Below, piece by piece: positions 9,670-18,269 of a stretch of 64,000 nucleotides of DNA (positions are counted from its first letter, which is position 1; the number at the start of each line of letters is the position of its first letter). The stretch comes from an uncultured Acidobacteriota bacterium (GTDB lineage Bacteria; Acidobacteriota; Thermoanaerobaculia; Gp7-AA8), in assembly GCA_963822445.1 (NCBI GenBank), contig CAWGHO010000001.1, positions 512,001 through 576,000 on the forward strand. Direction: 5' to 3'. The translations under genes and the position numbers were made by a program. The notes beneath the pieces are model-generated. The model searched no databases. It was given only the letters and a program-made list of their open reading frames with translations, and was not told where the DNA came from.

Positions 9670-10306
9670 TCACGAATCCCGCATCTCCTTCCGACTCGGA
9701 AGCAGGCGCGGCGTGGGAACGCCGATGCCGGGAGTCGCGGTGGTCTTACGCAACGCGAGAGGCGTTTTCGGACGGCCGCGGCGGCCGAGATCGCGCTTCA
9801 TGTTCGCGACGAGCGACGCGATGGTGGCGCTGTTCGGATCGCGAGCGAGGCCTTTCGCCACGTCGTACGTCAGCAGCGAGTCGGTGGCGAGTTTCGCCTT
9901 GCGCGAATCCATCGTGTACTTCAGGTTCTTCGCGAAGGCGTCCACCTTGTCGCGGACGGGACGGAAGGCTTCGAGGAACTGGATGGTGTCACGGGCGGCG
10001 TTCACGTCGAGCTTGTTGATCGCCTGAAGCTCCGGAACCTGTTCGACGGCCGCGGTGACGGTGGCCAGGAACTCGTTCGGAACGTTGAGGCGGGAGCGCA
10101 CGAGATTCGCGGTGGAGACGTGGATCGCTTCCAGCTTCGGAATGATCTGCGCAATCTCGTCGAGCGCGGACATGAACTCTGCGGCGACTTGCTGGTAATG
10201 CGTGATCGTCGGGGTCGGGAGTCTCGACGGTCGGTGCTGCGGTGGTGCCATCGGTCGCTGTTGCTGCTCCGGTGGCGTTTGCGGTGGTGGCTTTCGTTGT
10301 AGCCAT
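9670..10306 (-). CDS. Hypothetical helical protein with T/A-rich N-terminus; frameshift near 10220
   Basis: MATTKATTANA... continues in another frame as TPTITHYQQVAAEF...MKRDLGRRGR; GC3-biased codons. Confidence 0.65.
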
Positions 10307-11082
10307 ACACCCACACATTTCCTTCCCATCGCAACCGAACGCTACGCGCGGGCGGCGCGATGAATTCGCGTTACCGGCCACGTTTCGGCCGAAGCGTGGC
10401 GGGCGATCGTTGCTGCAGCAACTTGGTGAAGCGGTCTGGACCTGTCACTAAGATACGTGACGTTCGTCAAAGTCAGTTCGTTACCAAATTGTAACGACGC
10501 CTAGTTATTTGTCCCCCGCGTTGATTCTTAAAGACTTATGTTTTAGGCCGTTTATCCGCCTTTTTATGGTGTTTCAGCATAGTCAATTCTGAGAAGTCAG
10601 TTGGCATCAAAACTGAGAAGTTTCCGCCCGATCTCGGAAACTCTGGCGCATGGCACGCCGATGGCGGATGGTAGGGAAACGTGCCGGAATGACACCCCTA
10701 CAGGGTAGGGAGAGTTGTGCGTCGCATCCGGCCCCCGGCCTGGTAGATCGGCGCGACCGCCGCGCAGCGCGCCGGTCACGACGATCGGGGTGGGCGGCGT
10801 ACTCTCAGGGCGGCGGGATCTCTCGGGGGTGGTGAGCCCGGCGCGGCCGTTGCGCAGGCAGCGGACGTGACGGGCGGGGGTGGCGCGGCAGAATCTACGA
10901 GCGGTGGAGTCCCCCGGAGGGACGGGCGGCGCGGCGAGGCCGGCGCGAAGCGGCGGACGCGACGCGCGGGGGGCGCGCGGCCGCATCTACCAGGCGTAGA
11001 GCGCCTCGAGCGCTGGCGGTTTACCCCTCCTCTGCTGGGCCGATCGCCCGCGACCAGGAACGATCGCCGGCGCGAGCTCGCG

Positions 11083-11314
11083 GAAGTGAACCGCGGGCAC
11101 TTTCAAATGCGGAGCGATCAAAAACACGCGACCCGCGGTCACTTAAAAGTGAGCGCGGCGCACGTTCAACTGTCCTCAAGTTGAGATCAAAGTGAGGCGC
11201 GGTCACTTTCACTGTCCTCCAGACGAGAAGCAAGTGACCGGCGATCACTTTCACATGCCCGCGCGTCGAGTGAAAGTGACGCGCGGGCACTTAAAAGCGA
11301 AACGCGCGACGTCA
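11083..11314. repeat. Tandem array of about 11 21-bp units, consensus AAAGTGA-N7-TCACTTT
   Basis: Conserved units start at 11083, 11125, 11146, 11189 (perfect), 11231, 11273; divergent 21-22 bp units lie between them. Confidence 0.8.
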
Positions 11315-11911
11315 CCGCGTCTTGCGGCGAGGATGCGCACCGGACGGCGGCGACGTGACGGCCGGCGACGCGGCGCGAGCAGCCTTCGCGCGGCGCCAGC
11401 TCCGGAAGCGGCGAGCGAAACGGCGATCCCGCTCCGCGTACGCGAGCAGCGCCCGAATGAACGGCGACGTCCAGCCGTCGTACGCGAGCGAGAGAGTGGC
11501 CACGAATTCGCGCTCGCGTGACGTCTCTTCCTCGCGGTCGAGAGCACGCACCGCGAGGACGGTGCTCAGCACGGCGTTGACGTCGAAGGAATCGCGCCGC
11601 CAGCGCCGCACCGGGTGATTCTGGGTCCCGATCGGATCGGGCTTACCGAGCAGCGGAGGAACGGCGCACTTGCTGGCGCGCCAAGTGCGGAAGCGGCGGG
11701 CGACGCGCTGGGCGCGTTCCATGTACACCACGGCTGCAATGATGAAGATCGAAGCCGAATGACGGCGGCCGTCCGTGAGTGCTTCGTGCACGAAGCTGGT
11801 GAACACGTCGTGCATGCGGGCGTCCGCCTTCGCGAGATCGCGCAACGCGAGGCCGGCGTTGATGATCAACGCGACGTCGATCGACTCCGCGGCATTGCGG
11901 TAATGCCTCAT
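11312..11911 (-). CDS. Hypothetical protein with internal duplication
   Basis: ATGA overlap with the upstream gene; halves end ARRFRTWRASK and ARRFRSWRRAK. Confidence 0.55.
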   Translation of the reverse strand: MRHYRNAAESIDVALIINAGLALRDLAKADARMHDVFTSFVHEALTDGRRHSASIFIIAAVVYMERAQRVARRFRTWRASKCAVPPLLGKPDPIGTQNHPVRRWRRDSFDVNAVLSTVLAVRALDREEETSREREFVATLSLAYDGWTSPFIRALLAYAERDRRFARRFRSWRRAKAARAASPAVTSPPSGAHPRRKTR

Positions 11912-13047
11912 GCGCGCCTCACCACACGCTGCGCGGCGACGGCGGCAGCGGATGCGGAGACGCGTTGCCTCCGGCCGACGCGCGCGGCCACCACTTGCGC
12001 GACGGTGCCCGGCTGCTCAGCCGGAGACTGCGCCGCCTTCTCTGCCTGCGCGGGATCTTTGACGGTGATGACGAGGCAACCTTGCGACGCTTTGATGTAG
12101 ATGCGCGTGCGCGTCTTGAACCCGAACGACGCGAGCCAATGACCGCGCAGCCGCAGGAAAGGCACGAAGCGCTGATAGCCGAGTTCAAAGTAGCTGAGCG
12201 TCGCTTCGCGGATGCCATCGGGACGGTTGCGCCGCGCGGGCGCCGGCGACGTCTGCAGCGGTTCACCCGAGCGACGGCGCGCGCCGAGACGCCGACGACG
12301 TTTCGCCGGCGACTCGGGAACGTAGGGCATCAGCGGAGGCAACGGAGCAGCCGGAACAGCGACGCCCGGCGCGACGCCGGGCGATGCGCTGCCGTGGTCA
12401 CGGATCACCGAAGGTGCGGCAGCGACCTCCCGCATGGGCGGCGGCCGATCACAACCGCGAGAAGGCGGCGTTGCGGCAAGAGCGGGCGGCGGGATGAGGG
12501 CACAGGTGCGCGCGCTGCGGCCGCCCACTCGGGCAGCGCGCGCAACATGAACGCTGACAGGATCGGCGGCAGCGGTGTGCTTCGCCTCCCCCATGAACGA
12601 GGCAGCATCGTTGAACACGGGCACGTTGGCGACCAGCTCCGTGATGTGCTGCGCGGCGTAGTCGTCCAGGATGCGACCGAGCACCGTTTCTTTCGACTCG
12701 TTCCCCTTCTTGGCGAAGTACTCGAGCATCGCATCCGCGTACTCGTGGACCGGGACGATCAGCGGGCGGACGAGCAGACCGGGAGGAAAGACGTTGACCA
12801 CGTTCGGTCCTAGCGCTTCCTGAATGACCGAAAACGGCCATTGATGCGTGGCCTTTTCGATCAGTTCTGCGCGCGAGATCCGCGCGTCTTCTGCCGTGGG
12901 ATCGAGCTCGATATCGCCCCACTTGATGGCCTTGTCCATTTCGTCGAGCGTCCAGCCGAGCAGTTCCGCCGCGTGATCGGGCGTGACGGGCTGGCCGTCG
13001 TGTAGGAAGATGGCGCAGATGGATTTGACGAGGTCTGAATTCAGCAT
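11908..13047 (-). CDS. HTH-like N-terminal domain plus C-terminal SymE-like (AbrB-fold) toxin domain; may be two genes
   Basis: GGAGGG RBS; PFLRLRGHWLASFGFKTRTRIYIKASQGCLVIT matches the SymE pattern; Pro/Ala-rich linker. Confidence 0.65.
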   Translation of the reverse strand: MLNSDLVKSICAIFLHDGQPVTPDHAAELLGWTLDEMDKAIKWGDIELDPTAEDARISRAELIEKATHQWPFSVIQEALGPNVVNVFPPGLLVRPLIVPVHEYADAMLEYFAKKGNESKETVLGRILDDYAAQHITELVANVPVFNDAASFMGEAKHTAAADPVSVHVARAARVGGRSARTCALIPPPALAATPPSRGCDRPPPMREVAAAPSVIRDHGSASPGVAPGVAVPAAPLPPLMPYVPESPAKRRRRLGARRRSGEPLQTSPAPARRNRPDGIREATLSYFELGYQRFVPFLRLRGHWLASFGFKTRTRIYIKASQGCLVITVKDPAQAEKAAQSPAEQPGTVAQVVAARVGRRQRVSASAAAVAAQRVVRRA

Positions 13048-13118
13048 GATTCTGCCCTCCTGCTTATACAAAGTATTGTATACGCGGAGCGCGTCAGAAT
13101 CAACGCTAACGGCGGCCG

Positions 13119-13373
13119 ATGACTGAGCCGCTGAACGTCGGTAAGGTCTTCGGCGAGCGGCTGCGCGAGTTGCGCCTGAAGCGCAAGCTGACGCAGACAG
13201 AAGTAGCGCAGCGGTCGGGCCTGCTGCAGCATCACATCAGCCAGTTGGAGAACGGCGTGGGTATGCCGACGCTCGCAACGATGCTCAAGCTCGCGGCTGC
13301 GATCGGCTGCAAACCCACCGAGTTGCTCGCGCCGTTCAACGGGATAGACCTCGCAACGCTGCTCGACCAGTGA
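13119..13373 (+). CDS. XRE-family HTH transcriptional regulator
   Basis: FGERLRELR...LTQTEVA...ISQLENG..PTLATMLKLA. Confidence 0.9.
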   Translation: MTEPLNVGKVFGERLRELRLKRKLTQTEVAQRSGLLQHHISQLENGVGMPTLATMLKLAAAIGCKPTELLAPFNGIDLATLLDQ

Positions 13374-13591
13374 CGCGGCAATCGCGCGGAAACGCGCGCG
13401 GAGGCATCCAAAAATCGAATGTTCCACGGCTCAAGGGGTGTGTTCCACGCACAAGAAAGTGTGCACCTTGCGAGTCGACCGAAACTCGCAAGGTGACTCG
13501 CAAGGTCGCTGTTCCGCGCCCGCAAGTCACTCGGTTTCAGTGAGTTATCCCACGGCTCGTAGATCGACTCCTCTCTATGTACCCACGACCT

Positions 13592-13641
13592 CCGGCCTGT
13601 CACGCCGGAGGTCGCGGGTTCGAGTCCCGTCGGCCCCGCCA
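13592..13641 (+). mobile_element. 3' half of tRNA-Asp(GTC); probable att site at the island's right boundary
   Basis: Anticodon arm CCGGC-CTGTCAC-GCCGG, T arm GGGTTCGAGTCCC, CCA end; no D arm or 5' acceptor strand upstream. Confidence 0.85.
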
Positions 13642-13658
13642 AATATCGAATGTGAGTG

Positions 13659-13682
13659 AACGCCGCCGAAAGGCGGCGTTTT
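13659..13682 (+). terminator. Intrinsic terminator hairpin
   Basis: AACGCCGCC-GAAA-GGCGGCGTT followed by TT. Confidence 0.75.
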
Positions 13683-13723
13683 GCGTTATCCACGCGTCCG
13701 CCCACGCCGGGCGCAAACGCGTT

Positions 13724-14359
13724 TCACCGCCTAAACGCCAGCACCTCCGCTTGATACGTCTCGACGACCTCTGAAAATGCAACATGGTCCGCCGTGTAAA
13801 GAACAGCGCGGTGCTGGAAGACCTCGTTGGGAATCGCAAGCATCTGCCGGCGATTTGGGCGGAATCGCGATCGCGGCTGCTGCTCCCAACCGTGCGGTAG
13901 CGGGGTCCAGAGCATCGTCGCGGCGATCGTGCGTCGATAGGGTGCGAGCGCTTGGACCGCTTTGCCGAACGGAGTATCGGTCGTGGTCAAGAGCGCGTTC
14001 ATCTCCGGCGTCAGCCGGGCCGGCACGTACCAGTTGTCGGCCACGGACAGGACGTGCGCGCCGCAGCGCAGCTCGACGCGGCGGTACTGCAGTGCCGAAG
14101 CGTCGCGAACGCCGAGCCGCTGCAACTGTTCGGCGGACGGCTCCTTGCGGACGTCAGGCACTCGAATCGCGACGATCTTCGGATCCTCCGCCATGCGGTG
14201 TTCGCCGCACCACGCCTCCAACGTCCGCGTTGCGCTCGAACTGGCGAGAATCTCGCCGTTGAGCGTTTGCAGCAGAGCGAGGATCTCCAGTCGCGATTCA
14301 TACGTATCGCGCCACGCAATCGAGAAGAAGAGAGCGATGATCAGCGCCGCACGTTTCAT
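13724..14359 (-). CDS. Chorismate-lyase/UTRA-fold-like protein with signal-like N-terminus
   Basis: SATRTLEAWC...YRRVELRCG..VLSVADNWY...TDTPFG...FSEVVETY. Confidence 0.6.
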   Translation of the reverse strand: MKRAALIIALFFSIAWRDTYESRLEILALLQTLNGEILASSSATRTLEAWCGEHRMAEDPKIVAIRVPDVRKEPSAEQLQRLGVRDASALQYRRVELRCGAHVLSVADNWYVPARLTPEMNALLTTTDTPFGKAVQALAPYRRTIAATMLWTPLPHGWEQQPRSRFRPNRRQMLAIPNEVFQHRAVLYTADHVAFSEVVETYQAEVLAFRR

Positions 14360-14382
14360 GGCGGCATGGTACGGCGAGGCTG

Positions 14383-15159
14383 TTACCGCCCGAACTGCAC
14401 GGACCTTCGCGTCAACGATCCCATCCACCATCCGTCGATCGGAAACTGCACGCGCTCCCCTTCCGCGGCTGCGCCGAGGGAGACCAGGAGGGGGATGAAG
14501 TGCTCGCGGGTGGGGAGGGCGATGTTCGCGCCGGGACCCTTCCGCTGGTAGTCGAGCAGCGCGTCGACGTCCTTGCGTACCAGCGCGTCCGCGGTCCACG
14601 CGTCGAAGTCCGTGGCCCACGCCGGTGGCGGAGTCGCGCCGTGCCAGTCGAGCGTGCGCAGGTTGTGCGTGATGAAACCGCTTCCGATGATAAGCACGCC
14701 CGCGTCGCGCAACGGTTGTAGAGCGCGGCCAAAGGCGAAGAGCTCCTGCGGGTTCTCACTCGGAAGCGAGACCTGCAGAACAGGCACGTCCGCGTTCGGA
14801 TACATCGCCACGAGCGGCACGTACGCGCCGTGATCGAGTCCGCGATCCGGATGCTCGGCAATCGGCTGTCCCTCGAGAAGACCGCGCACCATCTTCGCGA
14901 GCTCCGGTGCGCCCGGCGCCGGGTACTTCTGTTCGTAGTGGTGCGGCAGGAAGCCGTGAAAGTCGTAGATCAGAGGAATGGTGCGCGTCGCGCCGATCGT
15001 GATGGGACGTTCCTCCCAATGGGCGGAGAGCATGAGGATCGCCTGCGGCCTCGGAAGCGCGGCGGCCCAGGAGCCGAGCTCCTCGACCCAGTTCGGATCG
15101 TCGAGCAGCGGCGGCGCGCCGTGCGCCAGAAAAATCGAAGGAAGGCGATCCTCATTCAT
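14383..15159 (-). CDS. LigB/DODA-type extradiol dioxygenase (YgiD-like)
   Basis: FLAHGAP, LSAHW, YDFHGF, GLDHGAYVP, GSGFITHNL, PTREHFIP. Confidence 0.9.
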   Translation of the reverse strand: MNEDRLPSIFLAHGAPPLLDDPNWVEELGSWAAALPRPQAILMLSAHWEERPITIGATRTIPLIYDFHGFLPHHYEQKYPAPGAPELAKMVRGLLEGQPIAEHPDRGLDHGAYVPLVAMYPNADVPVLQVSLPSENPQELFAFGRALQPLRDAGVLIIGSGFITHNLRTLDWHGATPPPAWATDFDAWTADALVRKDVDALLDYQRKGPGANIALPTREHFIPLLVSLGAAAEGERVQFPIDGWWMGSLTRRSVQFGR

Positions 15160-15162
15160 TGA

Positions 15163-15720
15163 TCAGGCTCCGACGAGGGCAACTTTGACAGCCTGCACCT
15201 CGATCTCGATTCGCACTTCATTGGCAACCAGGATTCCGCCCGTCTCCAACGCCTGATTCCACTTCAGGCCCCACTCGCGGCGGTCGATGGTAGTCGTCGC
15301 GCGAGCACCGCCGCGCGTTCCGCCCCACGGATCCTTGCCGGTCCCCTCGTACACCGCGTCGAGCGTCACTTCCATGGTCGTGCCACGGATGGTGAGGTCG
15401 CCGACGATCTTGAACTTGTCGCCTTCCTTCTTCATCGCCCCTTCCACGCGCTTGCTGCGGAACGTCAGCACCGGATGAGTCTCGACGTCGAGAAAGTCAG
15501 CCGAGCGCAGATGAGTGTCGCGATCGGCGGCGCCGGTATCGATGCTGGCCGCGCCGATCTCGACGTTGACCGTCGAGCGGTCCGGATTCTGTTCGTCGAT
15601 TTCGATCGTCCCCTTCACGTCCTTGAAACGCCCGCGGACGGTGGTGAACATCATGTGCTTGACCGCAAATTCGACCGAAGAGTGGGCAGGGTCGATCTGC
15701 CAGGAAATGGTGTTGGTCAT
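15163..15720 (-). CDS. YceI family protein
   Basis: WQIDPAHSSVEFAVKHM, RDTHLRSADF, GDLTIRG, DPWG. Confidence 0.93.
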   Translation of the reverse strand: MTNTISWQIDPAHSSVEFAVKHMMFTTVRGRFKDVKGTIEIDEQNPDRSTVNVEIGAASIDTGAADRDTHLRSADFLDVETHPVLTFRSKRVEGAMKKEGDKFKIVGDLTIRGTTMEVTLDAVYEGTGKDPWGGTRGGARATTTIDRREWGLKWNQALETGGILVANEVRIEIEVQAVKVALVGA

Positions 15721-15810
15721 CGGTGCTTCTCCTTTTCGTCCATTCAGAACTACCGGTCTCACGACGATATTCCTCATCACAAATATCGTCTAAAGGCGTA
15801 TAGTCGGGAC

Positions 15811-16275
15811 ATGAGCCTGAAACGAGACATCAAGCAGAAACGGCCGTTTCGCAGCCTGCAGGAAGAGGTGATCCTTTCCATGAACCGCACCGCGGATCAG
15901 CTCGCCGGGCCTGTCTCGGAGGTTCTGCGCGGGGCGAACCTGAGCCTGTCGCAGTACAACGTGCTGCGGATCCTGCGCGGTGCGGGCGAGGAAGCGCTGG
16001 CGTGCGGCGAGATTGCCGAACGGATGATCCGCCGCGATCCGGATCTCACCCGACTGCTCGACAAACTCGAAGCGCGCGGACTCGTCACGCGCTCGCGGGG
16101 AACGAGCGACCGCCGCGTGGTGCGCGCGGCGATCGCCCCGGCTGGTCTGCGTCTTCTGGAGTCGCTCGATGACCTCATCGACAAAACGACGAAGAAGACG
16201 CTGTCGCACATGTCCACCGATCGGCTGAAGCTGTTGTCCGAGCTCCTCGACGAAGCTCGGACCTCAGCCGACTGA
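15811..16275 (+). CDS. MarR family regulator, divergent from yceI
   Basis: SQYNVLRILRG, DLTRLLDKLE, R..SDRRVV. Confidence 0.9.
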   Translation: MSLKRDIKQKRPFRSLQEEVILSMNRTADQLAGPVSEVLRGANLSLSQYNVLRILRGAGEEALACGEIAERMIRRDPDLTRLLDKLEARGLVTRSRGTSDRRVVRAAIAPAGLRLLESLDDLIDKTTKKTLSHMSTDRLKLLSELLDEARTSAD

Positions 16276-16287
16276 CATGGTTCTCCG

Positions 16288-18114
16288 TTACTGCGCGATC
16301 ACCAGCTCCACCCGCCGGTTCTGCTGACGGCCCGCTGGTGTGTCGTTGGTAGCAACCGGCGACGTCTCCCCCATCCCGGTGACCGTCATCCGATTGGCTG
16401 GAATGCCGCGGCTGACCAGGTAAGAGCGCACGGCCTCAGCGCGTTTTTCGGACAGCGACTGATTGAGCGAGTCGCTGCCCACGCTGTCGGTATGACCTTC
16501 GATGGTGATCGTGAGCTGATCGTTGACGCGCAGCTGATCGGCGATCTTCGAAAGCGTGTTGCGCGCTCCCGCTTTCAACGCCGATTTGCCGGAATCGAAG
16601 AACAGACCAGGCAGCGTGACGATGAATCCACGCTCGGTCGTTTTCGTCGCCGCGAGTTTCGACAGCTCTTCCTGCATCCTGGCGATCCGATCCGCGCTCG
16701 CGGCGTCGCGCCGTGAAAGCTCTTCCCGCGCACGAGCCAGTTCCGCCTCGGTCTCCGCGGCGCGGCTGCGCTCGACCGCAATCTGCTGACGAAGCGCCTC
16801 GGCCTGACTCTCGGCCTCGGACCGCTTGCGTTCCGCTTCCGCGATCGCCGCGGCCCGCGCGGTCTCCGCTTCCACGCGCCGGCGATTGCTTTCCTCGCGC
16901 TCGGCCTGCAGACGTGTGAGCTCCTCGCGTTGCGTGCGCAACTCGCTTTCGCGTTGGGCGATCACGTCCTGGTTCAGGCGTCCGTCGCTCCGCTCCTTGT
17001 CCAGCGCGGTCTCGAGCGTTTTGATCTGACTCTCCAGCGAGGCCTCGCTGGCCTGCTCGCGCGCCTGAATGGTGCGCAAGGCCAGCGACTGGTCTTCGAC
17101 CTGCCGGCGCAACATCTCCACTTCCGCGCTGCTCGCACCACGCTCGGCGAGAGCGGTCTGATAGCGCGCGACGACGTCGTCGAGGGTTCGCTCGGCGGCG
17201 ATGCGCGCGTCGCGGTCCGCCTGAAGACGCGTCCGAAATTCGGCTTCACTCGACGCGACCTGCTGGCGCAAGCGGTCCAGCTCCGCCTGTTCCATCTGCC
17301 TGCTGCGCGACTCGGCCTCGAGCCGCTGCCGCAGTTCGGCCGCCTGACGCTCGGCTTCGACCCGGCGAGCTTGTTCCTCGCGAGCTCGCGCGTCGGCCGC
17401 GAGTTGCGCGAGGCGCGTGCGCTCGGCGCGAAATTCAGGAAGGCGCGGCCCGATGGCGTTGCGACGGGCCAGGTATTCGGCGCGGCGCGCCATCATTTCA
17501 GCCATGAAAGCGAGGTGATCGGCACCTTCGTGCTGGGTTTTGCTTCGCGCCAGCATGCGGGCCGTTTTCAGGATGTCCCCCGCACGGTCGAGATCGGCCT
17601 GAGCGACCGAGTTGCCGCCGGCGGCGCGCGCCGCGGCGAGCGCGTTCTCCGCGACGATGACGCGATCGAGGGACGTCGCCCCGCGACTGGACAGCGCCGG
17701 CGGGTCGTACAACTGGACCGGGCGGACCGTGCCGCCGAGGGTTCCGATTTCCGTCGTCAGGGTCCGAATCTCGCGATTCGCCGATACGAGCAGAGCCAGC
17801 GCTTCCGCCGCGCCCGCGGCAGCGCCCGCTTCGATCGCACGAAGCGCCGCCAGGCGGCGGTCGTCAGCGTCGTTGTTGTTCCAATTGGAGCGGGCGACGT
17901 TCAGCCGCCGCTCTGCTTCCTCATACAGCTCTCTCGCAAGCTCCGGCGCATCCGCCGCCCGCGCCGCGGCCAATGCGGCCTCGGCAATGGTCACGTGCGA
18001 CTGCGCTGTTGCCTTCTCGCGGTCCGTCGTCGACTGGGCACCCGCCGGGATTGCCGGCGAGAGAGCCATGAGAACCGCGCAAATTACGCTTACCAGGCTC
18101 GTTTTCAGGTTCAT
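16288..18114 (-). CDS. Exported coiled-coil protein with C-terminal OmpA-like peptidoglycan-binding domain
   Basis: Signal peptide; IEGHTDSVG..NQSLSEKRAEAV; NRRVE. Confidence 0.9.
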   Translation of the reverse strand: MNLKTSLVSVICAVLMALSPAIPAGAQSTTDREKATAQSHVTIAEAALAAARAADAPELARELYEEAERRLNVARSNWNNNDADDRRLAALRAIEAGAAAGAAEALALLVSANREIRTLTTEIGTLGGTVRPVQLYDPPALSSRGATSLDRVIVAENALAAARAAGGNSVAQADLDRAGDILKTARMLARSKTQHEGADHLAFMAEMMARRAEYLARRNAIGPRLPEFRAERTRLAQLAADARAREEQARRVEAERQAAELRQRLEAESRSRQMEQAELDRLRQQVASSEAEFRTRLQADRDARIAAERTLDDVVARYQTALAERGASSAEVEMLRRQVEDQSLALRTIQAREQASEASLESQIKTLETALDKERSDGRLNQDVIAQRESELRTQREELTRLQAEREESNRRRVEAETARAAAIAEAERKRSEAESQAEALRQQIAVERSRAAETEAELARAREELSRRDAASADRIARMQEELSKLAATKTTERGFIVTLPGLFFDSGKSALKAGARNTLSKIADQLRVNDQLTITIEGHTDSVGSDSLNQSLSEKRAEAVRSYLVSRGIPANRMTVTGMGETSPVATNDTPAGRQQNRRVELVIAQ

Positions 18115-18269
18115 ATCGTTTCCTTCTCCAGCGCCGCATGGCGCCGGCTGTTACACCGGCTCTGAGCGTTGCAAGATCCGGGCGGGAAATGACTTACAGC
18201 TGCCCGAGGCGGGCCGGCACGCAGCCTGAACCGCGGCTGCTACAATCCGCTCCCCTCTCGGGAACCGCC

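Noticed and set aside
10440-10650. AT-rich stretch with CGTTAC-N6-GTAACG and a repeated CTGAGAAGT
   Set aside because: Plausible promoter/operator region for the leftward operon, but the motifs are too short to assign
11083-11314. CRISPR array
   Set aside because: Repeats are short and degenerate, the variable units share the register, and there are no cas genes or leader; reported as a repeat instead
13570-13641. Intact tRNA-Asp gene
   Set aside because: The 5' acceptor strand and D arm are missing
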